A stretch of 41,975 nucleotides of DNA, from contig CAMJIC010000001.1 in NCBI GenBank assembly GCA_946405675.1, forward strand, positions 1 to 41,975. Reading direction: 5' to 3'. A model generated the notes under the pieces. It was not told where the DNA came from and searched no databases. It saw only the letters and a list, made by a program, of their open reading frames with translations. Below, one piece after another: positions 1 through 7,622 of this stretch. The DNA is from an uncultured Clostridia bacterium (GTDB taxonomy: Bacteria; Bacillota; Clostridia; Lachnospirales; Lachnospiraceae). The first letter of the stretch is position 1, and each line of letters starts with the position of its first letter. Made by a program: the position numbers and the translations under genes.

Positions 1-55
1 TAGCCTGACCAGCCGGGAAGTGGGCAGTTACGCTGGCGGGGGTGTGACTTGTTAC
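1..55. repeat. Repeat family B, copy 1 (imperfect inverted repeat of the right window end)
   Basis: 1-55 aligns with the reverse complement of 41921-41974 at 45/55 positions (one gap), including exact blocks TAGCCTGACC and GGTGTGACTTGT. Confidence 0.75.
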
Positions 56-133
56 GTGCCCGCTGGCAGAACAGCCAAGTTATGACTATAAATCCCTCAC
101 AGACAAAAGGCGCACCGAAAATCGCTGATACGT

Positions 134-520
134 TCATAGTTTTCGAATCAAACATTCCTTCCCCTGGAAAGCGAAGCCGTATTTCAGAATATTCTCCGCC
201 GGAATGCCCCGGGCCAGCAGATCCGCCTCATACTGCTTCTCTTCAATCTGCCTGAGCGCATTCTGAACCGTGTCCTCCAGCGTCTTCTCGCCACGTCTGG
301 CATTGAACACCTTAAATTCCAGTATGGCAGCCGGCTTTCCGGCCTCTTTCGGCTCCATCACCACATCGTACCGGCCATAGCCGCTTTCCCGGTTGGATGT
401 AATCACATAATCCCGGCTGTTTTCCGCCAGCAGTCCCAGCACCAGTCCATGGTAAAAATTCTCAGACAGCCTGACCGATGGATTTTTCCCACCGTCAAAG
501 GAGCTCATGGATGTCAGCAT
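134..520 (-). pseudogene. C-terminal PD-(D/E)XK nuclease domain fragment of an AAA-ATPase-like/PDDEXK_9 protein, 5'-truncated
   Basis: Motifs [38 protein letters not shown] and YGFAFQGK match the C-terminus of this family. An in-frame TAG lies 5 codons upstream of the Met, there is no ATPase domain, and no clear RBS. Confidence 0.75.
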
Positions 521-569
521 GATATCATGCCACTATTTTCCAGAAGCTTAATCTGCGCGTCTCCCTATG

Positions 570-600
570 AAAAAAAGCGAGACCATTATGATCCCGCTTC
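570..600 (-). terminator. Putative intrinsic terminator
   Basis: Minus strand reads GAAGCGGGATC-ATAAT-GGTCTCGC-T7: a 10-bp stem with two G-U pairs running into a U tract. Confidence 0.6.
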
Positions 601-613
601 ACGAACGGCTATC

Positions 614-746
614 GTAACTGTTCAGAACCTGTTCTGAACAGTTACGCATCGGGCGATGCTTCGCATCCTGAATCGCCCGATGCCACTTAATATACACTTT
701 CATACGCCCTCAGCAGCAAGTGCTTCGGGCTGTCCTGAACAGTTAC
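614..746. mobile_element. 133-bp MITE, copy 1 (IS66-like ends)
   Basis: Terminal inverted repeats GTAACTGTTCAG...CTGAACAGTTAC, perfect 8-bp flanking duplication CGGCTATC (606-613 and 747-754), internal 32-bp palindrome (614-645) and hairpin (646-683). 124/133 identical to the inverted copy at 6263-6395. Confidence 0.9.
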
Positions 747-757
747 CGGCTATCTTC

Positions 758-787
758 ATTATAACGCCAGCCGTCTCTTCTTGTCAG
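758..787 (-). promoter_or_regulatory. Putative sigma70 promoter
   Basis: CTGACA-18 nt-TATAAT on the minus strand, firing into MITE copy 1. Confidence 0.5.
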
Positions 788-827
788 TGTTTTTATATAA
801 GCTTTTAAGGAACCAGTCTCTTGTGTC

Positions 828-2792
828 TCAGTCCGGGATGTCCGTCAGCACATCCAGCTGGAAGCCTTCCCACATATTCGCGTTCACGTTCCAGTCCCGA
901 AGGTCCGTCACGATCCGGTGGTAGAATGCCTGCCCGCCATGCACGATGTCATAAGTCCGGGCATCTCCGCGTGCCTCCAGGTGGCGTCCAAAGGAACAGT
1001 TCCGGATATCCGCCGCGCTGTAATCGTCCTGCGTCCCGTCCGGCCAGTATATATAAAACCTCGGAACCTGAGGCTCGGAAGAAAAGCGTACATCCCCCGC
1101 AAGCTCCAGGATCTTCCTCCCTGTCGGCTCATAACAGCACAGCACATGCGCATACCGCCATACCGTCCTGGTGAAATCGGAGACCCGGAACTGCATCAGC
1201 CAGCTCTCGTCCATGAGTCCGTTCCCGTCCTCCTTCGAAATGATCAGGACAATGGGGAACTGCCGCTCCGGATCCGAAATCGCCCGGGCGATCTCAGGCG
1301 CGTCCTCCAGCCGCAGGATCCTTCTCCTCCCTGAGCAGGGGATCGCGCTGTATACGCCGATGGTATCCACGATATTCTTATAAAAGCCCGGATAGGAGAA
1401 GTAGGTCGACTGCCGTTCCACCGTCGCGGAATCTCTGCGTTCCGGCTCTGCGTACCCGTTCAGGACCTTCAGCCAGATTCCCGTGCCCCCGACCTCGCTC
1501 AGCTGCGCTTCAGAATACCAGATCCTTCCTCCCACCTCCGGATCCATATGACGGACATGCACCTTCATCACATGCCGCTCCGGATGGTACTTTACCGTGA
1601 CATGGTATGCCAGAAGATCCGCATGGTAAGACTGCACCTCCTCCGGCATGCTCCGGAACAGGACACCATACTTCGACTGGATCCATTTCCAGATCATCTT
1701 CGCGCACTGGGCAAACACAAGCTCCGCGGAGGGTTCCCCCTCCATCTTCAGCCTACTTCCATCCACCCGCGTCTTCATCTGGAACGCAACCATGCGCCTC
1801 ATGGGACGGAGCTCATAATGCCGGGCTTCGGTCTCTGAGTCTTCCCGTCCATCATTGAAGACATCCGTCTGACGGAACACCTCCGTCAGTCTCTCATCAT
1901 GAAAGACGCTCTCATTCAACAGCGCAATGATCGTGTTGACATTGATGGGGACATGGCGGGTGCGCGACAAAAGCTGCCCGATCAGGATCTGTCTGGGGGT
2001 GCGGAAGATCTGCTTCGCCAGGTTATCCGAGCGGATCATATCCTCATTCAGGATCTGCTCTACTTCCGGATAGAGCTGCGCCTCCCCAAGCTTCAGGCGG
2101 AAATGGCTCTTGATCATGTCACTCCAACGCCCGGACTTGTAAAGCGCATGCCCCAGGTCCTCGAACAGGGTCACCATCGACTTATCGCACAGCTCCAGGG
2201 TCGCAAGGATCGAATTGAAGTAGCGGGAGAAGCCAGGATAATGGCTCCACAGCTCCTCTCCCTTGTACCTCATGTCATGCTCGACCTCATGCCAGCCCTC
2301 AAAAAACATGGTTTTGATCTGGATCTCAAAGGTATCATCGATACACATGTCCCATGTCCGGGGGGAGATCTCCGACTTCAGATACTCCGGCAGCCGGAAC
2401 ACGCCGTTGAGCTTCGCCGGCTTGAACTCATCCTCGCTGCGCTTGGAGGTCGACCATTCGATCACATCGAAGGTCTGCGCCATGATGTCCCTGCAGATAT
2501 CCACGTCATCATCGAAATATAGGTTGATCCTGACGCCGATCAGATCCTGCAGCTTATGCTCCTCGCTCAGATCCTTCAGTTCAAACTTACGCGCCATGGA
2601 CTGGGCGGTCTTTATCCTGGAAAAGCACCTGTAGTACAGGCCGCACTGCTCCAGCCGGTCACTGATGATCCTGCGCAGATCCTGCTCGACCACAGGCGGC
2701 ACCTTGACGCCTGCGGCCAGCTGTTCCTTCGTAAAGGAGGCAGGAACCGCCTCCCTAAGCAAATTGATGTTCTGTCTGTTGTAATCGTTCAT
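828..2792 (-). CDS. RelA/SpoT synthetase-domain protein with a large uncharacterised C-terminal region
   Basis: N-terminal motifs RIKTAQSMARK, QDLIGVRI and FEIQIKT...GWHEVEHDMRYK. No HD hydrolase, TGS or ACT domain is recognisable. 654 aa. Confidence 0.85.
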   Translation of the reverse strand: MNDYNRQNINLLREAVPASFTKEQLAAGVKVPPVVEQDLRRIISDRLEQCGLYYRCFSRIKTAQSMARKFELKDLSEEHKLQDLIGVRINLYFDDDVDICRDIMAQTFDVIEWSTSKRSEDEFKPAKLNGVFRLPEYLKSEISPRTWDMCIDDTFEIQIKTMFFEGWHEVEHDMRYKGEELWSHYPGFSRYFNSILATLELCDKSMVTLFEDLGHALYKSGRWSDMIKSHFRLKLGEAQLYPEVEQILNEDMIRSDNLAKQIFRTPRQILIGQLLSRTRHVPINVNTIIALLNESVFHDERLTEVFRQTDVFNDGREDSETEARHYELRPMRRMVAFQMKTRVDGSRLKMEGEPSAELVFAQCAKMIWKWIQSKYGVLFRSMPEEVQSYHADLLAYHVTVKYHPERHVMKVHVRHMDPEVGGRIWYSEAQLSEVGGTGIWLKVLNGYAEPERRDSATVERQSTYFSYPGFYKNIVDTIGVYSAIPCSGRRRILRLEDAPEIARAISDPERQFPIVLIISKEDGNGLMDESWLMQFRVSDFTRTVWRYAHVLCCYEPTGRKILELAGDVRFSSEPQVPRFYIYWPDGTQDDYSAADIRNCSFGRHLEARGDARTYDIVHGGQAFYHRIVTDLRDWNVNANMWEGFQLDVLTDIPD

Positions 2793-2881
2793 TTTCCGTT
2801 CCTGTTCCAGGAGCTGAAACCATCGTTACAGGCCGCGCCCCACTGGCAGGAGGATGACATATAACAAACGCTCTGCGCAGA

Positions 2882-2912
2882 CAGCTGTTCAGAACCTGTC
2901 CTGAACAGTGAC
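2882..2912. repeat. Collapsed palindromic derivative of the MITE
   Basis: CAGCTGTTCAGAACCTGTCCTGAACAGTGAC. Confidence 0.75.
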
Positions 2913-2928
2913 CTTTGCCTGCAGCTCC

Positions 2929-4797
2929 TTACTGATACACTGGGTTCCCATACATATCGTATCCCTGCCCGGTTGTGGGATCCGTCCATGCAATCTGAGG
3001 AGTGGAGGTTCCACTGCCGCTCGTGTATACCGGATTTCCATACATATCATATCCCTGCCCGGTTGTCGGATCCGTCCATGCAATCTGCGGAGTGGAGGTT
3101 CCACTGCCGCTCGTGTATACCGGATTTCCATACATATCATATCCCTGCCCGGTTGTCGGATCCGTCCATGCAATGGCATTCGAACTCTGGTTTGTGCCTG
3201 AATATATCTCAATATCGTTTTGTGTCTGTGTACCGGCGGAAGTTCCGGAGGACGTACCGGAGGATGCGCCGGAGGATGCGCCGGAGGATGCGCCGGAAGA
3301 CGGTGCCGCAGCGCCGTTTGCATCCATGGAAGCCGCGCCCTGGGACGCGGACTGGCCGGATGTGCCCTGGTTCGAACCGCTTCCCATGTATGGGGCTACC
3401 ATCGCGGCGGAATCCGGATAACGATTCGAGAAATCCTGGAAGACCTCATCCGCTCTCTGGCTGTCTCCCGCGTTCAGGTATGCAAAACCAAGGTAATACA
3501 GCGCGTCATAGTATCGGTCGCTCTTTCCGGTCTCATCCGAATCAATGGCCATCTGGAGCTGTTTTGCCGCTTCCTCATAGTTGCCTGCCACATATGCGGT
3601 GGTGCCCTCTGTATAATACTGGTTGAACAATGCATCCCCGACCATGGCAGTCAGGTCATCATACAGCTGTTTTCCTTCCGCGTCGAAGTCCTCTCCCTTC
3701 AGTTTGCCCAGCGCCTCTACCGTTTTGGTCTGGTCGCCCTTCACATAAAGATCCGCCACCTTCAGAAGCTCCGTATAGGAGTTGACACGGTCATTGGCAG
3801 TCTGTGCTTCCTTTTTGGCAGTTTCTATATTCGCATTCGCGGTATCGACTTCATCCTGCATGTCCTGAATGGTCGCCGTAATGGTGGCAAGGGACGTGTT
3901 CGCGTCCGCCACCTGCTTGTTTGCCTTGTCATTTGCCCCCTGCCGGATCGCCGGGACGGTCAGGAACCAGACGATCGCGGCCCCCAGCAGGATGCCCAGC
4001 ATGATATTGATAAAGGTTGCCACGGTGGAGCTGTCGCGGAATGTGGTAGGGGCGATGATTACATCGTTCCCGCTCACATACCTGAGGGAGATCTCCCTGG
4101 GCTTTTCCGGAGGCATATCCTCCGCAAGGGGCGAACTGCGCTCTACTTTGGGCCTTTGGCGGCGCCCGAACAACGAGGTCTTCCCTGTCACCTCCTCCAC
4201 CTCCGTGAGGAAGCGGAGCGTCGTTGTGTTGGTATTGTCAATGCGCGCTGCCTTTCTGAGCAGTCCTCTTGCCCTCTCCCACTGATCCGTATGCATGTAT
4301 CCAAGGGCAAGCAGCTGATGGGCGCGCACGAATTTCGGATTCTGGCTGACGACCTTCCTAAGCTGGATCAGAGCCATATCCTCATTCCCCTGTTTCAGGT
4401 AGGTCAGGCTCTGGTTATACTTGCGGATCGCCGTGTTGTACTGGTCAAGCCTCATCTTGGAGCCCTGAAGTGCCTTGATATAGCCGGATGCCAGGTTGTC
4501 TGTACCCTTCAGGTTATTGCTGATGACCCACTCCACAAGGGCATTGACCACCTCACCGGTCTCAAAATAGCATAATCCCAGAAGGTTCCGGGCATCTGTA
4601 TTCTCTTTGTTGAATTTCAAAGACCGCTTCAGGCAGGAGATCGCGCCCGACAGATCCCTGACCTGTGCCTTCTCAAGACCCTGGTTATACAGAAGATTGG
4701 AGATCCGGATGATCCTCCTCGGGAGCGTCAGGTCTGCTCCGCAGATCCGGCAGTATTCCTCTGACTGTGCGGATGCCCCGCAGTAGATGCACTTCAT
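2929..4797 (-). CDS. Tetratricopeptide-repeat membrane protein (N-terminal Zn ribbon, TPRs, one TM helix, coiled coil, C-terminal repeats)
   Basis: CxxC...CxxC at the start; TPR signatures (ARNLLGLCYFETG, ALYYLGFAYLNAG); TM segment FINIMLGILLGAAIVWFLTV. Confidence 0.85.
   Translation of the reverse strand: MKCIYCGASAQSEEYCRICGADLTLPRRIIRISNLLYNQGLEKAQVRDLSGAISCLKRSLKFNKENTDARNLLGLCYFETGEVVNALVEWVISNNLKGTDNLASGYIKALQGSKMRLDQYNTAIRKYNQSLTYLKQGNEDMALIQLRKVVSQNPKFVRAHQLLALGYMHTDQWERARGLLRKAARIDNTNTTTLRFLTEVEEVTGKTSLFGRRQRPKVERSSPLAEDMPPEKPREISLRYVSGNDVIIAPTTFRDSSTVATFINIMLGILLGAAIVWFLTVPAIRQGANDKANKQVADANTSLATITATIQDMQDEVDTANANIETAKKEAQTANDRVNSYTELLKVADLYVKGDQTKTVEALGKLKGEDFDAEGKQLYDDLTAMVGDALFNQYYTEGTTAYVAGNYEEAAKQLQMAIDSDETGKSDRYYDALYYLGFAYLNAGDSQRADEVFQDFSNRYPDSAAMVAPYMGSGSNQGTSGQSASQGAASMDANGAAAPSSGASSGASSGASSGTSSGTSAGTQTQNDIEIYSGTNQSSNAIAWTDPTTGQGYDMYGNPVYTSGSGTSTPQIAWTDPTTGQGYDMYGNPVYTSGSGTSTPQIAWTDPTTGQGYDMYGNPVYQ
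2932..3174. repeat. Intragenic 90-bp tandem repeat, about 2.7 copies
   Basis: Encodes IAWTDPTTGQGYDMYGNPVY three times at a 30-aa period; the same DNA anchor recurs at 2949, 3039 and 3129. Confidence 0.95.
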
Positions 4798-4958
4798 TTT
4801 CCGCTCCTGCCCTTTTTCTTACGCTCCTTCTCGTCACGCATCATTTCTTTGAGGATATCCGTCACATCAGTGAGGTCACGGCTGTAGATCGCGTCCTCCG
4901 CCTCATTCACATCCATGCTCGGATGGAATTTCTTCAGTTCCTCTTCATAGTTCAGCAT
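4794..4958 (-). CDS. Small 54-aa protein absent from the ORF track
   Basis: MLNYEEELKKFHPSMDVNEAEDAIYSRDLTDVTDILKEMMRDEKERKKKGRSGK*. It fills the folC-TPR gap exactly, overlaps the folC end by 14 nt and shares an ATGA overlap with the TPR gene start. Confidence 0.8.
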   Translation of the reverse strand: MLNYEEELKKFHPSMDVNEAEDAIYSRDLTDVTDILKEMMRDEKERKKKGRSGK

Positions 4959-6228
4959 ATTGTATTTCTCCGATCAGATACAGGGAGCCCACGCAGAAAA
5001 GGACTCCATCCCCCTTATTACGGCAGGCTGTCTCGTAGGCCTGCCTTGCATCCTGCACACACATAACGCTGCCCTGGCCGGATGCAAGAAATTCCCCTGC
5101 CAGTATCTGAGGATCCAGCTTCCTGCCGCCTCCTGCCGTTGTCACGATGATGCTCTCATACCGCACGCCATCGCAAAGCTCGCGTACCATCTCCCCATGA
5201 TCCTTGTCCGACACAACGGCAGTCAGAAGGTGCACCTTCCTTGTCCGGGCGGTCCGCCGGATCTCCCGCGCGATCTCCCGTATCCCGTCCGGATTATGCG
5301 CTCCGTCCAGGTACACATCCTTATGGATCTGTTCCATGCGTCCCGGCCACTTCGTATGCGCGACGGCGCTTTTCACCGCTTCCTCCTTCACTCCCAGAGA
5401 AAGCGCGCACAGCGCGGCCAGGCATGCATTTTCAGCCTGATATGCCGCGTTGAAGGGCACTGCCAGATCCAGCGCACGCCCATCCTGCATGGTGAGCCTG
5501 ACCTTGATGGCTCCCTCCGTTCTTTCCAGGATCCGGTATGCTTCCTTCTCCAGGGGAACGGGGATTGCTTTCATCCGCATACATGTTTCCCGGATCACGC
5601 CGGCGCTGGCAGGATCCTTCGCGCTGTAGATACAGGGCACCCCCTTCCGGATGATCCCTGCCTTCTCAGAGGCGATCTGTTCCACGGTATCCCCAAGGTA
5701 TTTCGTATGATCCAGGCCAATCGAGGTGATGACCTCAGCCTCAGCACTCCTGATCGTATTGGTCGCGTCCAGCCTTCCGCCCAGCCCGGTCTCACAAATC
5801 AGAAGATCGATCTTCTGTTCCTCGAACCAGCACATGGCCATGGCAAACAGTGATTCAAAATAGGTCGGCTCCTGTCCGCCTTCCTCCTTCAGGATGCTGA
5901 CAGCATGTGAGACACGCCAAAATGCCTTCCGGAAATCCTCATCCGGGATCATGCGCCCATTGATCTGCATCCGCTCATTGATCCGGACCAGGTGCGGCGA
6001 CGTGAACAGCCCCGTTTTGAGCCCTGTCTCCTGGAAAATGCGTGCGAGAAAGGCGCATGTGCTGCCTTTTCCATTGGTTCCCGCTATATGGATCACCTTG
6101 AACCGCTCCTCAGGGTGTCCCAGAAGCTCCATCAGATGCCTTGTGTTGGCCGGTTCGTTTTTTTTTGTAAACAGAGGAAGCTCCATCAGGTACCTGACCA
6201 CTTCCCCGTAGCTTTTCATTTCATTCAT
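4945..6228 (-). CDS. folC: Bifunctional folylpolyglutamate synthase/dihydrofolate synthase
   Basis: IHIAGTNGKGS, FTSPHL, ETGLGGRLDATN, LDH, WPGRME, LDGAHNPDG, GSLYLIG. Confidence 0.96.
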   Translation of the reverse strand: MNEMKSYGEVVRYLMELPLFTKKNEPANTRHLMELLGHPEERFKVIHIAGTNGKGSTCAFLARIFQETGLKTGLFTSPHLVRINERMQINGRMIPDEDFRKAFWRVSHAVSILKEEGGQEPTYFESLFAMAMCWFEEQKIDLLICETGLGGRLDATNTIRSAEAEVITSIGLDHTKYLGDTVEQIASEKAGIIRKGVPCIYSAKDPASAGVIRETCMRMKAIPVPLEKEAYRILERTEGAIKVRLTMQDGRALDLAVPFNAAYQAENACLAALCALSLGVKEEAVKSAVAHTKWPGRMEQIHKDVYLDGAHNPDGIREIAREIRRTARTRKVHLLTAVVSDKDHGEMVRELCDGVRYESIIVTTAGGGRKLDPQILAGEFLASGQGSVMCVQDARQAYETACRNKGDGVLFCVGSLYLIGEIQYAEL

Positions 6229-6262
6229 CCATCCTTACCATTGATATCAAGGATCTGTCAGT

Positions 6263-6395
6263 GTAACTGTTCAGGACAGCCTGAAGCACTTGCTGCTGAG
6301 GGCGTATGAAAGTGTACACTAAGTGGCATCAGGCAATTCAGGATGCGGAGCATCGCCCGATACGTAACTGATCAGAACAGGTTCTGATCAGTTAC
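6263..6395. mobile_element. 133-bp MITE, copy 2 (inverted relative to copy 1)
   Basis: Same length and terminal repeats; perfect 8-bp flanking duplication CTGTCAGT (6255-6262 and 6396-6403). The right-hand duplicate contains the rpoD stop codon. Confidence 0.9.
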
Positions 6396-6398
6396 CTG

Positions 6399-7589
6399 TC
6401 AGTTCAGGAAATCCTTCAGACGCTTGGAACGGCTGGGATGCCTGAGCTTTCTGAGTGCCTTTGCCTCGATCTGGCGGATACGTTCCCTGGTTACGTTAAA
6501 TTCCTTTCCAACCTCTTCCAGTGTCCTGGCCCGTCCGTCTTCCAGTCCAAAGCGCAGCTTCACAACCTGGCGCTCCCTGTCGGTCAGGGACTCCAGCGCA
6601 TTGGCCAGCTCCTCACGGAGCATGGAAAACGTCGCGCTGTCCGCCGGGGAGAGCGCCGTATCGTCTTCTATAAAGTCTCCCAGATGGGAATCGTCCTCCT
6701 CTCCGATGGGCGTATCCAGTGACACCGGATCCCTGGAGATCTTCAGGACCTCCCGCACCCTTGCGGCCGGAACGCCAAGGCGATCCGCCACCTCCTCTGG
6801 GGTCGGTTCCCTGCCCAGCTCCTGCAAAAGCTGACGTGTCATACGCAAGGTCTTGTTGATCGTTTCCACCATATGCACCGGTACACGGATCGTACGCCCG
6901 GTATCCGCGATCCCCCTCGTGATCGCCTGGCGGATCCACCAGGTTGCGTAGGTTGAAAACTTATAGCCCTTGGTATAGTCGAATTTATCCACGGCCTTCA
7001 TCAGGCCCATGTTTCCTTCCTGAATCAGATCCAGGAAAGGCATGCCGCGTCCAACATATTTCTTCGCGATGGAAACGACAAGACGAAGGTTCGCCTCCGT
7101 CAGGGCTCTCTTTGCCTCGGTGTCCCCCGCTTCCACGCGCATGGCGAGGTCTACCTCCTGATCGGATGTCAGAAGAGGCACATTTCCGATCTCCTTGAGG
7201 TACATGCGGACGGGATCTTCCGTTGAGACGCCTTCCAGTACCTCTGAGGTCTCTTCAATGCGGACTTCTTCCACCTCTCCGATCTCCTCAAGGGCTCCGT
7301 CCTCATCCTCCAGCAGGTCATCACCCGGATCGATCAGGATATCATCATCTGAATGCGTCTGCATGCCGTCCCTTGCCGAATCCTCCCCGGGGCCGCTCCC
7401 CTGCGTGATGATAATATTCTGGCCCTTCAGATAATCATAGATGCCCTCGATATCATCCACCGGAAGATTCATGCCTTCAAAGGCAACCGAAATCTCATCG
7501 ATATCGATCGTTCCTTTATTGTTCTTCGCTTTTTCAACCAGTTTCCGAAGTGTTTCCAGAAAAATAGCCTGTGGGTCTTTTTCACTCAT
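6399..7589 (-). CDS. rpoD: RpoD/SigA-family group 1-like sigma factor, possibly a paralog
   Basis: Region 1.1-like N-terminus, [53 protein letters not shown]...[13 protein letters not shown]. Confidence 0.92.
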   Translation of the reverse strand: MSEKDPQAIFLETLRKLVEKAKNNKGTIDIDEISVAFEGMNLPVDDIEGIYDYLKGQNIIITQGSGPGEDSARDGMQTHSDDDILIDPGDDLLEDEDGALEEIGEVEEVRIEETSEVLEGVSTEDPVRMYLKEIGNVPLLTSDQEVDLAMRVEAGDTEAKRALTEANLRLVVSIAKKYVGRGMPFLDLIQEGNMGLMKAVDKFDYTKGYKFSTYATWWIRQAITRGIADTGRTIRVPVHMVETINKTLRMTRQLLQELGREPTPEEVADRLGVPAARVREVLKISRDPVSLDTPIGEEDDSHLGDFIEDDTALSPADSATFSMLREELANALESLTDRERQVVKLRFGLEDGRARTLEEVGKEFNVTRERIRQIEAKALRKLRHPSRSKRLKDFLN

Positions 7590-7622
7590 AAAATGTCCTG
7601 CTCCCTTTCACCACTGATCTTT

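Noticed and set aside
560-613. Riboswitch in the short terminated leader
   Set aside because: I could not match any known aptamer consensus by eye; an Rfam cmscan of the MITE-excised sequence would settle it.
2932-3174. CRISPR-like appearance of the 90-bp repeats
   Set aside because: The intervening sequences are near-identical rather than unique spacers, the repeat is in frame in a protein, and there are no cas genes.
6158-6166. A9 homopolymer near the folC 5' end as a phase-variation tract
   Set aside because: It is in frame (Thr-Lys-Lys-Asn) in a housekeeping gene, and there is no evidence of length variation.
6222-6262. Plus-strand promoter driving MITE copy 2 antisense to rpoD
   Set aside because: The -10 candidate TATCAA lacks the conserved final T and there is no credible -35.
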